This document shows positions 37,951 through 53,174 of a stretch of DNA of 64,000 nucleotides, piece after piece. Position numbers and translations under genes: made by a program. Each line of letters opens with the position of its first letter. Positions within the stretch are counted from its first letter, which is position 1. The stretch comes from Malacoraja senta (taxonomy: Eukaryota), in assembly GCA_038087875.1 (NCBI GenBank), contig JAXLNO010000356.1, forward strand, positions 1 through 64,000. The letters run 5' to 3'. The notes under the pieces were generated by a model, which saw only the letters and a program-made list of their open reading frames with translations, was not told where the DNA came from and did not search any database.

Positions 37951-38383
37951 CTGCAACTTCCATTCTTGAGCTGCTTCAAGGTTGGAGTGGTATTTGTGGA
38001 AATTCCTTTGTATGCCCTTATCTAGATGTTGAATTGGCATCTTGTGTGTTGACATAATCCGCATGCCCGTTGTCTGTATCTGGAGTGATTTGCCAGAGGA
38101 AGTTCTAGACACAGAGACATTATGTCTTTCAAAAGGTAATTGGTCAAATATGTCAAATTGGTCAAAAAAAGATAGAAAGGGTGTAGAGGGCTATGGGGCA
38201 AATTGAATTAGTCCAGTATGCCAACTCAGTTGGCATGTTGGACTAATTCTATTTGCTCTATAGTCCTCTAAACTTAGTTGGCATGGACATGGCGGGCTGC
38301 AGGGCCTGTTTCCATGCTGAATAGCTCTGTAATTTTATGACACCATCATTTTGTTATGGTGACTTCTGTGATCTCCTTTGAAG

Positions 38384-38471
38384 AGATCAGGTGCTTTGGA
38401 ATTCACCATTTTCAAATTATCAAGGATTTATTATGTTAAAGAAGTCATATTAACGAGGAAATTAGAATATG
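38384..38471 (+). other. Candidate exon of rightward gene ending in ATG
   Basis: CTCCTTTGAAG acceptor; AATATG|GTAAGA donor; not recognised as a repeat. Confidence 0.3.
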
Positions 38472-38499
38472 GTAAGAAAATGCAATACTACAGCAAAAA

Positions 38500-39132
38500 A
38501 AAGAGCTGACGGAGGAGCACAGCGGGTGAAGCGGCAACAGAATTACCACATGATCGTGGTGAACCGGGGAGGTGGCCAAGGAATGGTAGATGCAGTTTAA
38601 CATCGATGGAGCTGAAGGCCTCCTCGGACTGACTTTGGGCCCCACCGCATGGCGTGGACTTAACATCGGAGCCGATCCCTTGCCTGGGATCGCTCGAACC
38701 GCGGCCTGGGGACTTGACCATCGCGAACTTGCAGTCTCGGGTGAGGTCGAGTCGGGAAGCTCCGACGATGCAGAGGCTCAACCAGCCCCGACGCGAGGTC
38801 CGATCACCGGCGCCGGGGAGCTGACATCCCTCCGATACAGGAGCTGATTGCCCCGATGCGGAGGGCCCAAACGCCACCGGCTACGGGAGTCAAGATCGTC
38901 CCATCAACGGAGGGCTCGAGGCCCCTGACTGTGGGAGAGCAAAGAAGGGAAGAGATCTGAACCTTTTTTCGCCTTCCATCACAGTGAGGAATGTGGAGGA
39001 GTCACTGTGGTGGATGTTTATGTTAAAATGTATTTTGTGTGTTCCGTTGCTTTTGTATGACTGACTTGGCAAACGATATTCCTCGTATGTTGCAAAACAT
39101 ACTTAGCTAATAAAGTATTATTGTGATTGTGA
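38500..39132 (+). mobile_element. GC-rich non-autonomous retroelement with Rex-like 3' tail; a short related copy at 51504-51712 has the TSD TGTAAAAAGAGTT
   Basis: CACAGTGAGG..TCACTGTGGTGGATGTTT hairpin, then AATAAAG and (TTGTGA)n tail. Confidence 0.7.
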
Positions 39133-39649
39133 AATGTCCAAGGTGCTGCATTTTGGTAAGTTAACTAGGGCAGGATTTACACAGTTGATGGTAAGGCTCC
39201 AAAAAGTGTTGCAGAACAGAGACGCCGGGGGAGTACAAGAAATAATTTCCTGACAGTGGTAACACAGGTAGACAAGTTGGTGAAGAAGGCATTTGGCATG
39301 TGTAGGAAGGAACTGCAGATGCTGGTTTACACCGAAGATAGACAAAGAAATACTGGAGTAACTCAATGGGACAGGCAGCATCTCTAGAGAGAGGAGTGGA
39401 TGACGTTTTGGGTCGAGACCCTTCTTCAGACTGGCATGCTTGGCAATCATTTGGCAAGCTTGCCTTTACCAGTCGGGGCATTGAGTACAGGAGTTGGCAC
39501 TCTACTTTTCAAATGCACAAGTCGATGGTGAGACCGCCTTTATTATTTTGTACAGTTCTTGTCCCCAAGTATATGAAGGATGTCTTAAGTTGGAAATGGC
39601 GCAGAAAAGATTTGCAAAGATGTTACCAGGACTGGATGCTTTTAAGTTA
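39133..39649 (+). mobile_element. Decayed CR1 fragment with pLTR insert, cut by a Helitron 3' end
   Basis: SRGIEYRSW, MVRP and QKRFAKMLPGL remnants. Confidence 0.75.
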
Positions 39650-41095
<1,446 letters not shown>

Positions 41096-41096
41096 A

Positions 41097-41514
<418 letters not shown>

Positions 41515-41724
41515 AACACCCCCTACCTACCTCTCTCCCCTCACAATGTTACATACTCCAACCAACACGTACTAATTCACCTGCCTCAATCCATCCATTC
41601 CGCACCGATTGCCTTCTCAACCCCCCTCCCCCCCACCCCCACGCCATCTATCCAGCCCGCACTGATTCACACACACCCCCCCTCCCTGACCCTATTGTGC
41701 TGGAAATGTCTCTATCCATCGTCT

Positions 41725-42548
41725 AGGGGGCGCCGTCCTGTGTCGTATGGCTGCCCAGCCTGCAGCTGTCCGTTTTCATCTTTTTTAAAATGTTTAGTTA
41801 ATTGTTTTGTTTTTTAGGAGTCCTATTCTTTTTTATGTGGGGGGGGGGGGAAAAGGGGGAATCTACTTTCTAGGGTCCATACCTGGTCGGAGAGGCAGCT
41901 TTTCTCTGGGCTGCACTTTCGACCCGTCCTCGCAGCCTACCAGCGGGCCTGGAGCGGCGTTTCCTGAGGGGACCGCCCAGAACCTCGGCTTCAGCGGCGG
42001 CACAGCCCTGGAGCGCTATCGCGGAGCGGAGCGGGCGATGCCTTGCCCGGGTCGCCGCGCTGGAACTCCGGTGAGCTGGGACCGCCGGTGAACATCGCGG
42101 AGCTGCGGGACTGTGGAGCGACCAGCTGCGGGCGGCGGCGCTGAACTTTACATCGGGAGCCTGGGATCTCGCGACGAGATCGCCAGTGGTGGAGCTCCAT
42201 CGAGCGCGGCCTGTCGGCTTCGGAAGCCGCGGACTCCGGTAGGGAGACAGCCGTTCCAGGTGTCCCAAGCTGCTGAGAGGGTTCTCCCGACGAAGAAGGG
42301 CCTGTAACATCGGCCCCCGTAGCGGCGACTGTGGAGGCCTATATAGGCCAGACTATGGGTGGACAAGGGGATATGGACTGGACTTTGTGCCTTCCCCCAC
42401 AGTGGGATCCATTGTGGGGGGATGTTTTTATGTTTTATGTTAAATTTCTTTAATGTTGTGTCTAATTTGTGCTGCATGGCAAGAACAAATTTCACTACAC
42501 CATTTGGTGTATGTGACAATAAATGTCCTTTGTCCTTTGTCCTTTGTC
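41725..42548 (+). mobile_element. GC-rich non-autonomous retroelement with (CCTTTGT)n tail
   Basis: 5' GGGGGCGCCGTC..ATGGCTGCCC, no coding capacity, GTGACAATAAA plus microsatellite tail; homologous to 7806-8385. Confidence 0.75.
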
Positions 42549-43336
42549 TTCAGAGCGAACATTGACTATGTTTGATAACGGAATTTAATTCCCAATGTTA
42601 TTATTTGTTTTAGTCCATAAAGATGGATTAATTAAATTGTGAACACGTGAAGCATTAAAACCGCAGTGTTCGATTGTCACTGCTACCGTTGACACGTTAT
42701 TACAGAATTCATTTTAACGGCAAATCAATGTTCTTAATATGGAGTATCAATACTGTAGTTATTTAATGAGCAACTATACGTTGGATTTATCCAGGTTTTA
42801 CTTCTACAGTTGGTCATATACATCACAAATTTGGTCAGGAGATATTTCAGTTGAAAATTTAACGTTAATTCTGAAGTGGGAATGATGGAAACAGCGTTTA
42901 TCAATAATTTTTTTTAAATCTGGTGCGTACAAACTGGGTATCTTCATTGCTGTTCACAACACATACATCTAATCTGAATGTCCGGTAATATGGTGTTTTG
43001 ACACCTTTAAACATATTACCAAAATAACATTTTCTGCAGTTATGTCCTTTGGCCATCTCTTATCAGTTAGTGTAATGTTTAACCTGTCACATGGGTATAG
43101 TCAGTTTTAACAGCTATTATCATAAAATGCCTATAGAAACTTCCTTGCAACGTGTATATGGTGTTATGTATAAATTATGTGGGAAGCGAGAATGTTTCTG
43201 TGCCAATAACAATAACGACCCATGCTATGGCCATGTCATGATAATTTTCGGTCCTTCACAGAAAACATGCTTGCATCAATCCGTAGTGTGCATGGTTAAG
43301 CATATATGTTACCATGGTCCAGGATTTATTGACTCA

Positions 43337-43672
43337 GGTTGATCATACGCTGAATAATCCAACCACATTTTTGTTTGGAAGTGGAAGTAACTAATAGAAA
43401 TTGCATTAATTGCAATGTGTAAAAAGAGTTGAGATATGGTATTATAATTTTGCTGCATGTCATTGTGGTATATATCATGTCTTGATTGGTGAATATGTTT
43501 AGTTTGTGACTTTATTTGAAGCAGAAATAATATGTGAATGCTTCATTGAGTATTATTCCGACTGGTAACTACACACGTCTTAAATGACCACCTAAACTGT
43601 CATTTGGCAACCTAAAAAGCTGCCCAGGTTGCCCGGCTGGCAACAGGGAAAAAAAGTTAAGTGAGAGCCCTG
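43337..43672 (+). mobile_element. Right arm of the hAT-like element found at 48928-52006
   Basis: Near-identical to 51410-52006 minus its insert; ends GTTAAGTGAGAGCCCTG. Confidence 0.85.
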
Positions 43673-43720
43673 AATAGTCTTCAAAACAAAGATATTATAT
43701 AAAATTAAGAAGGGCTATTT

Positions 43721-44028
43721 AGGCACGGTGGCAGAGTTGCTGCCTTACAGCCCTTACAGCGCCAGAATTCCAAGTTCGATCCCGACTACGGGTACTGTCT
43801 GTACGGAGCTTGTACTTTCTCCCCGTGACCGTGTGGGTTTTCTCCGAGATCTTCGGTTTCCTCCCACACTCCAAAGATGTACAGGTTTGTGGGTTAATTG
43901 GCTTGGTATAAATGTAGAGTTGTCCCTAGTGGGTGTGGGATAGTGTTAATGTGCGGAAATCACTGGTCGGTGCAGACTCTGTGGGCTGAAGGGTCTGTTT
44001 CTGCTCTGTAACTCTAAACTAAACTAAA
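43721..44028 (+). mobile_element. HE1-type V-SINE; partial copies at 45911-46040 (-), 49905-50005 (-), 50430-50590 (-), 50740-50960 (+)
   Basis: tRNA head, V-domain and (CTAAA)n tail. Confidence 0.9.
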
Positions 44029-46574
44029 CGGAAAAAAGACTTATCAGGACAATATGTTTTAAGTCTAGGTGATCCTTGGTAGTAGAAAGTTCTTTAATAG
44101 TCTGTTGGGATCAAGGATGATTTGAGTCCATTCTGATATATTGGATTCTAAGTTAACTGACGTGACATCAGTTGGTGCAACAGGTGACTGAAGGGCCAGG
44201 TAGGTGGGTAACCTGAGGTGATGCTTTCCTGCTGCTGCTTCTCCATGGCTTTTGTGTGCTCCTGATACATGGCCTCGAGGTTCTCAATGCCATCTCGAAT
44301 CCTCCTCCCTTAGCAGCCAAGAAAGTTTTAGACATAGGCACAAGTTTCTTCCCAGCTGTTATCAGGCAATTGAATCATCCTACCACAACCAGAGAGCGGT
44401 ACTGAATTACTATCTACCTCTTTGATGTCCCTCGGACTATCCTTGACCAGACTTTGCTGGCTTTATCTTGCACTAAACGTTATTCCTTTATGATGTATCT
44501 ATACACTGTAAATGGATTGATTGTAATCATGTATTGTCTTTCTGCTGGCTGGTTAGCACCCAGCAAAAACACTTTTCACTGTACCTCTGTATACTTGACA
44601 ATAAACTAAACTCACCTGAGTCTGCATCTAAATTTGGTAGTCTTTATGGAAGCTCAAAAAGATCGCTCGCACACAGTAAACTCTTTTCTCCCACCACAGG
44701 TGCTTCTCAACTGTTGAGTTCCTCCAGCAGTTTTATCTTTAGCTTTAAACACAAACTTGAATATTTTTACCTGCCTATCTGGCAATCTTCTCCTTTGGCA
44801 GAGTTCTGAATCGAGTAGTTGTTTCGGGAGTCTGTTTTGCGAGCCCAGTGGTTGACTGAGATAACTGGAAATTCACTGCAAGGGATGTTAGTTTGGGAGA
44901 AGACATTGATGTGTTTTGATTTATGGCTCCCTTCTTATATTCTCTTCTTCCCTGATGTGGATGAAGAGATGGTGGATTTGTGACTGAATTCTTCATTGAA
45001 CTCATCAAACATATCCACCTCATTATCTCCATCAACAGAGGCACTACCACGTAAAGATCAAAGCCAATGCTGCATGAAATCCAGAAAGACAACTCTTTGA
45101 AATCCACCAACATCGTCCTCTAGTCTGCCCATAAAGAGTGGATGGTTTGCAGGCTGAGAGCTGATCTTCATTACTCCTTGTCTTTGTGGAGTCCTTGGAG
45201 CTTTCACTTGATCGTTAAGTGGCAGTGCCTCTATTGATGGAGATAATGGGGTGGATCTGTTTGATCTACTATCATTGGTGCTGGTCATGGTGTGGATGAT
45301 GTGGACATCTTTATCAACGAAGATAAAATCATGCACGTGTCAGTGGGTCGAAGAATGGGGTGGTTTGTGGCCGGAGTGAAGGCACCGTGTGTGGCTGGAC
45401 TTGGGTGAGAACGTGCTTTTTGATCTTCCATGAAGACCACCATGTTTGCATGCAGGTTCGGGTGAGTTGCTTCTCCATTGCATGGTGCCAGTGAGGTTGC
45501 ACTCCCGTCACTCCTGCTGCTGGCTCAGACACCTCGCTGCTTCCACTGCGCATGTGCTTTACTGCCTTGCTGCATTGCTGTAGTTCTGGCCAGGACCAGG
45601 ACTAATTTCCATGAGCATCGTGTTCCTTTTTTACATTTTGGTTTACAATTTGGTTCTATAATAATTGAAATATTAAAGTGCATAAAGCCAATCCCCTCAC
45701 CACCCTGTATCTGCTTACTGCCCTCCCATGGTAATGGGGAAAGGGAATGCCAGGAAGTTAGGGATCCCATGGAGTCCAGCAACAGAGCTCAGATATGCAG
45801 CAGTTGCTACAGTCACACTGGTGGATCTAGATGTGCATCCTGTACCAAGTCAATGTTCAGCGCAGGAGAACAGCTGAGGGGCATTAACATTTTAGTATTT
45901 TTAAAGAGTTTTTTAGAGACACAGCGCGGAAACAGGCCCTTCGGCCCACCGAGTCTGCACCGACCAGTGATCCCCGCACATTAACACTAACCTACACACA
46001 CTAGGGACAATTTACACTTATACCAAGCCAATTAACCTGATTATTATATATAACAATGATTATTTTCATTGGTTTTGAATATGTTCCTGTTTTTAAATAT
46101 TTTTCAATCTTTTTAATAGTTTAATATTATTGATATTTATTCAATCCAAAACATTCGCCAACTCTGCTGCGATTAAAAACCTCTTATTTCAGATTTCTAG
46201 CATTTGCTGTTGTTTGATTTTTCTCGTCGTCTTTTTCTATCGGACAGTTCTTTGGGACTGTTGGTGACTTCCTTCCACCACATTAGCAGAGTGCGCAGTG
46301 CATTTTTTATTTTTATTTGAGAAGGCTGTTGCACTTGACAGACTAAGGACATGGTTCAATGGCAAATCTCAGCTGCACTGTCTTAACCATGCACAGCTGT
46401 GTGTAGGTACAAATACACAACTGTGCCCATACCTGTGTGTAGGTACAACCCACACACACACTAGCTGTACATGGGCACACTCTCAGCACACAGATTCAGG
46501 CTTTGCCCTCGTCCTCATCGTCGGTGCTGTACATTCATTCCTTCCCTCTTATGGGACCCACCAACAATAACCCC

Positions 46575-47020
46575 ATCCATCCCTCTTTATCCTCTTACCT
46601 CTTCTATCCCATCGAAAATCTCCCTCTCCACTATTCCATTACTCCCTTTGCTTTTCATCTCTATTTCCCTCTCTCCTCTCTCTACTTTGCTCTCTCTCCT
46701 CCCTCCCCTTTTCTCTCTCTCTCCTCTCTCCCCCTTCTCTCTTCTCGCTCTCCCCTCATCTCACTCCTCTTCCCTTCTCCCTCTCCTCTCACTACTTCCC
46801 TTTCTCCTACCCTCCCACTTTTTCTACCCCTCTCTCCCCCCACCTATCCTCTCCTTCCTCTCTCCCCTTTTCTCTTTCACCTCCCTCTCTCCCCCTCCTC
46901 CCTCTCCCCATCCCTTCCTCTCCCCACCACCCTTTCTGCCTCCTCTCCCCTTTCTTCCCCCTCTCCCCTTTCCCCCTCCCCCCGTTCTTCCAACCCTCCC
47001 CTTCCCCCCCTCCCCCCCGC
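46575..47020. repeat. Polypyrimidine (CT/C-rich) low-complexity tract
   Basis: Directly visible. Confidence 0.9.
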
Positions 47021-48927
47021 CCGCGTTAATGCAGCCTCAGTTTGCAAGTCACTGGAGAGGTCTGGTCGCTGTCCAATAATTGGATTCATAATTTTAATCA
47101 CTCTGTTGGTCTATTCAGCAAATATGACGTTGATTTTAAAGAATACATATGCTTAATTAATTAATTTATCAATTAAATATGGATCATTCAGACTTGAGAA
47201 ACTTTTGTGTATTTATCATTTTCCCAATATTGTTTTATGAAACATCAGATACTCATGATCAAATTTAGCTTCTCTCCAGCATAATATTGCAGCCTGTAGT
47301 GCTCTTACAGTGAGGTATTGCTAACTTCTCATTGGGTTTATAATTTGTGTAATATTTAACATTGCAGTTACAAATACTGATAAATCATTTGGTAATTTCT
47401 AGAGCAAGAGAACTGACATTCACCCTAAAATGCCAAAAGTTGCATTCGGTACTTTATTTAAATAAAATGGAAAGTAGTTGCGTGATCTGGGGTTGCCTGT
47501 GAACGTGTAGTTGTTCTTTGTTTCTTCTAAGTACACCCGGAGCAAACATTCCACAATCCATTCCCAGTGGAATAGTTTAGCAGACTGGAAGTAGGCATGA
47601 ATTGGCATGCTGCCATTTCTGTTACACTAGATACTCTGGAAGTTGATGCAATTTCCTGTTGACATTCTTCAAATGAGCAATACGTTCCCAACTCTAAAGT
47701 CAGTGGAGTCAGTGGAGGGATTCTGTTGTCAGATCAAGATCTGTGCTTAAGTGGGTAAGTGCAAGAAAAATGCAGGGAAATGAAGCTGATGAGCAATGGG
47801 ATATCACAATTGAACTTGTTTTGTAATAAATATCTTCTTCATGTATCCCACAATTTACAGATTTGAGATTAGTAAGAACTTTGATCTTCCATGCATCATT
47901 TTCTTGTTTATCTCCCTACTTACATTTTTCTCTCTTGTCTCTTGCAGCACTTCTTAGTTTTTTCTTTAATAACTATTGTGTTCGATATTATTGAAATGCT
48001 GACCACTATACCTGTAGATTTAAACATAGTAATACATCCCATTATCATCCAAGTGCAATAAGCAGCCTACTGTGTGTAACCTTCCCTTTGTTTATGTAAC
48101 CTGTCCCGCTGAGTTACTCCAGCATTTTGTGCCTATCTTCAGTTTAAACCAGCATCTGCAGTTCCTTCTTACACACTCCCCCTTGTTATATTAGATCTTT
48201 AATAGTTTGATGTAGCAGAATCTAGACCTAACCTGCATCCCGACTGTGCTGTATTGAATTTTATTCCAATGCGCATACAAAAGCTAATTTTATTGCAGTA
48301 AATCGCTTCTCAGAGATGCCTATTAGCTGCAGGGTTAGAGATCTCTCTGCATGTAACAACAAGATCTGCTTTTGATTAGCTGCTTGCTTGTTTTGGAAAC
48401 TGTGATTGTTAAATTCAGTGGAATTTTTAAGGAGCAAGGAGTCATTCAGGAAGAGATATTCAGGAACATTTCCTCAGGCAATAAATAGGTCAAGGGCCCT
48501 TCAAGTGAGAGGGCAGAGCTGGACTTCCTCTGAGGGAATTAGGCAGGGCAGGAGTGGATGAGCCTTTTAGGTCCAGTGACCACACTGCTATTAGCTTTAA
48601 AATAATTCTGGACGAGGACAGGGCTGGTCCACAAGTTAAATCTTTAAATTGGGGCAAGGCAAACTCTGATGGTATTAGACAGGAACTTGCTAAAGTTGAT
48701 TGGAGGAGGTTGTTTGCAGGCAAAGAGACATCCGTCAAGTGGGATACTGAAAGTAACCATGCAGGCAGTGAAGAAAGCTAATTGCGAGAGGATTTGAGTT
48801 TGGGAGCAAGGAGGTCCAACTGCAGTTGTACAGGGCCTTGGTGAGACCACACCTGGAGTATTGTGTGCAGTTTTGGTCTCCTAATTTGAGGAAGGATATT
48901 CTTGCTATTGAGGGAGTGCAGTGTAGG

Positions 48928-50189
48928 CAGGACTCGAAATTAACAGTTGCCCGGGTACCAATGGCCACCTAACGTCCCGCCGGGCAAATTAAAAGTTGTG
49001 TCATTTTGCCCAGCTTGGCAAGCACCCGGGACACCTGCCGTTCAACTCTGAGCGGGCCTCCCTCTCTATCTCTCTCTCTCTGTCACTCTCCGTCACTGCC
49101 CGCCATCCGTATCCGTGTCCGGGCCGCCGGGTCTCCGCTCTCCGCTCGCTCCTCATCCGCTGGCACGACTGGCCGCCTTGCACATGCGCATTGCTACGGC
49201 CAGCACACCCTCCCCCTGCACATGCGTACAACCACGGCCAGCACATCATCGGCCGCCCTGCACATGCGCTCTGCCACTGCAACTGGTCGGTGCTGGGCAC
49301 TTTCTCCCTCGCTTTGAATTGTGGGAGATCTGGCCGCCATTGCTGTCCAGTCGCCGCCTCGCCACGACCGCTGAAAACCAACGCAGAATCACTCCCTGGA
49401 GCTGGAGCAGGGAGTAACTCTTGCTTCTTGGTTTCCTGGTCCTCCAAAAATATTATAAATGGAATTTAAACTGGAGGTGGTGGAGGGTCCATCTCCAAAC
49501 TCCAAATTCTGAACAATAACAGCCTATTGCATTTCATCTGTTTATTTATTGTGTATATATATATATATAGTCTATGGTATATAAACACACTGAACTTTTA
49601 TCTCCTGTTCTGTATTATGTTTACATATTCTGTTGTGCTGCAGCAAGCAAGAATGTCATTGTCCTATCTGGGACACATGACAAAACTCCCTTGACTCTTG
49701 AGTTGGACTTAAGCAAAAAAGGGTTCTTGGGGAAAAAAGAGCTACCTTAAATTTAGTTGCGTGTGGTTGGGTAACTATGGTAGGGTGAAGACTATTCCAT
49801 GCTTTAATTGTGCGGGGGAACTCCATGGAGCAGCCAGCAACTCTGGATAGAAGAAATTGGGTGACGTTTCGGGTGGAGACCCTTCTTTAGACTCCCTCTG
49901 GGTTTAGTGTTTTAGTTTAATTTAAAGATACAGCGTGGAAACGGGCCCTTCGGCCCACCGAGTTCACGCTGACCACCAATCACCCGTACACTAGTTCTAT
50001 CCCACACATTAGCGACGTAAGTCAAGAGTCAAGAGTGTTTTATTCTCACATCCAGTTAGAACAATGAAAACCTTACTTGCAGCAGCACAACAGAATATGT
50101 AAACATAGTACTCTGTAAACAATGTAATAAATGAGAAAACAAAACGGTGTATATTTATATCTGAAAATATAACTATATAAATATATATA

Positions 50190-50252
<63 letters not shown>

Positions 50253-52006
50253 TTCCCTCCTGGGATTAATAAAGTTCTATCATATAGTATCGTGTGTGTA
50301 GGAAGGAACTGCAGATGCTGGTTTAAACTGAAGATAGACACAAAAAGCTGGAGTAACTCAACAGGGCAGACAGAATCTCTGGACAAAAGGAAAATATTAC
50401 GTTTTGGGTTGGGTCTGAAATAGGTTCCTGCACACCTTTAGAATGTGGAAGGAAATAAGAGCATCCGGAGAAAACCCATGTGATCAAAGGGAAAAGGAGC
50501 AAACTCCATACAGACAGCACCCATATTCAGGATCAATTCCGGGTCTCTGGCACTTTTAGGCAGCAACTTTATGGCCAATGTACAGCCCCATAGTCTTGAA
50601 CGGAATTAAAACATACAGTAGCTGTAAAGGGGGACATAGCGTCACTTGGAGATTTAAGACAGAAAATGGATATTTTCTTTTTTTTTAGTGACCAAAGTTA
50701 TCAACGTATAATTTTTTTGTGTGTTGGAAAACAAAATATAGTGACACAGCTGGTAGACTTGCTGCCTCACACGCCAGAGATCTGTGTTCGATCCTGTCCT
50801 CGGGCACTGTCTGTGTTGCATCTGCACATTCTCCCTGCAAGCGTGTGGGTTTCCTCCCACATCCCAAAGACGCATTGGCTTTGTAGGTTAACTTGTCTCT
50901 GTAAAATTGCCCCTAATGTGTAGGGAGTGGGTGAGGAAAGTGGGATAACAGAACGTGTGAATCGGTAGACAAAAATGCTGGAGAAACTCAGCGGGTGAGG
51001 CAGCTTCTATGGAGCGAAGGAAATATGCGACGTTTCGGGTCGAGACCCTTCTTCAGACTGATGTGAGGGTGGGGGGATGGGAAGAAGAAAGGAAGAGGCA
51101 GAGACAGTAGGCTGTGGGAGAGCTGGGAATGGGAGGGGAAGGAGGGAGAAAGCAAGGACTACCTGAAATTGGAGAAGTCAATGTTCATACCGCTGGGATG
51201 TAAACTGCCCAAGCGAAATATGAGGTGGTGCTGCTCCAATTTACAGTGGGCCTCACTCTGGCCATGGAAGAGGCCCAGGACAGAAAGGTCGGATTCGGAA
51301 TGGGAGGGGGAGTTGAAGTGCTGAGCCACCGGGAGATCAGGTTGGTTATTGCGAACCGAGCGGAGGTGTTGGGCGAAGCGATCGCCAAGCCTGCACTTGG
51401 TCTCACCGCGGTTGATCATGCGCTGAATAATTCAACCACATTTTTGTTTGGAAGTGGAAAGAAATAATAGAAATTGCATTCATTGCAACGTGTAAAAAGA
51501 GTTTAACGTGTAACAAGGAGGGAAGAGACGGAGACTAAGACTTTGCCTCCACCACAGTGAGGGTGTGCTTGGTGAACTCACTGTGGTGGATGTTTAATTT
51601 GTGTTTATTGTATGTTTTGTTATTATTGGTTCTGTGTATGACTGCAGGCATCACAATTTCGTTCAGACCGAAAGGTCTGAATGACAATAAAGGAAACTTG
51701 ATTCTTGATTCTTGTGTAAAAAGAGTTGAGATACTGTATTATAATTTTGCTGCATGTCATTGTGGGATATATCATGACTTGATTGGTGAATATGTTTAGT
51801 TTGTGACTTTTTTTGAAGCAGAAATAATATGTGAATGCTTCATTGAGCATAATTCCGACTGGTAACTACACACTTCGTCCAAGCACATTATCGCACGCGT
51901 CATGCAAGCCGTCTTAAATGACCACCTAAACTGTCATTTGGCAACCTAAAAAGCTGCCAAGGTTGCCCGGCTGACAACAGAGAAAAAAAGTTAAGTGAGA
52001 GCCCTG
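48928..52006 (+). mobile_element. Non-autonomous hAT-like (hAT5-type) DNA transposon with 5-bp TSD and many nested insertions
   Basis: Imperfect TIRs CAGGACTCGAAATTAAC / CAGGGCTCTCACTTAAC; TSD GTAGG at 48923-48927 and 52007-52011; subterminal GTTGCCCGG repeats. Confidence 0.8.
50965..51409 (-). mobile_element. Penelope-like element 3' fragment: GIY-YIG C-terminus and pLTR with intact hammerhead core (51029-51056)
   Basis: GETKCRLGDRFAQH..VAQHFN..LIFRLGSLHPSGMNIDFSNFR; CTGAAGA-AGGGTCTCGACCC-GAAACGTC. Confidence 0.92.
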
Positions 52007-52589
52007 GTAGGTTCATGAGGTTAATTCCCGGGTGGCGGGACTGACGTATGATGAAAGAATGGGTCGACTGGGTTTGTATTCACTAGAATTCAGAAGGATG
52101 AGAGGGAATCTTAAAGAAACATATAAAATTCTTAAAGGATTGGACAGGCTAGATGCAGGAAAAATGTTCCCGATGTTGGGCAAGTCCAGAACCAGGGGTC
52201 ACAGATTAAGAATAAGGAGTAGGCCATTTAGGACTGAGATGGGGAAAAACATTTTCACCCAGAGAGCTGCGAGACTGTGGGATTCTCTACCACAGAAGGC
52301 AGTGGAGGCCAATTCACTGGATGTTTTCAGGAGAGTTAGATTTAGCTCTTAAGGCTAAAGGAATCAAGAGATATGGGGGAAATGCAGGAATGGAGTACTG
52401 ATTTTGGATGATTAGCCATGATCGTATGGAATGGCGGTGCTGGCTCGAATGGCCAAATGGCCTACTCCTGCACCTATTTTCTATGTTTCTATGTTTATTT
52501 TAAGGGGGTAATGTTGAGAGTTCAAGTTATGCATGTTCTTGTGCCGTTGACAGTGATGTTGATTATCCAGAATGACAGCAGGATCATGA

Positions 52590-53045
52590 TCAGCCGGACA
52601 AGTGGGCCGGGGGAAGGCAAATTGAATTTAATTCAGATGTGTGCGGTGTTACTTGGAGTGGTTGGGCAGGCTAGAACCTTCTTCCTCTGTGTGTAAGAGG
52701 CTGAGTAATCTTATAGAGGGGGATAGATCGGGAGAATGCACTGATTCTTTTCCCCAAGGTAGGGGAATTAAGAACTCGAGAACATAGTTTTGTGAGAGGA
52801 GGAAGATTTAATAGGAACCTGAGGGACAGCTTTTTCCACTCAGAGAATGGTGGATATATGGAACGAGCTGCCAGAGACAGAAGTTGAAGCAGATATAATG
52901 GTAACATTTTAAAGACATTTACACTGGTACATGTATAGGAAAGGTTTAGGGGGATATGAGCCAAACACGGGGAAATGGGACTAACTTGGATGGGGCATCT
53001 TGAACGAGTTGGATTAAAGGGCCTGTTTCCGTGGTCTCTGACTCT
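52590..53045 (+). mobile_element. Decayed CR1 3' fragment
   Basis: RFNRNLRDSFFHS/WNELP-like remnants and GGGCCTGTTTCC tail. Confidence 0.75.
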
Positions 53046-53174
53046 GGCATGAACATGAACATCTTGATCAGTAAGTATTGGGTACCATTCATTTTGGAAG
53101 TGATTCAAGACATCTTCATGTTTGAGGAATTAGTAATATTTGACTCTATTTGCTATGTTTCTTTGAAAACCAAT

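Larger units (their letters stand above)
48555..52495 (+). mobile_element. CR1 fragment split by the hAT-like insertion (48555-48927 and 52007-52495)
   Basis: Flanks rejoin as CR1 coding sequence GAGGGAGTGCAGTGTAGG^TTCATGAGGTTAATTCCCGGG; (TTTCTATG)n tail at about 52480. Confidence 0.85.

Noticed and set aside
46471..47156. 200-aa Pro/Leu/Ser-rich ORFs
   Set aside because: Low-complexity pyrimidine tract translation; the same applies to 18886-19425
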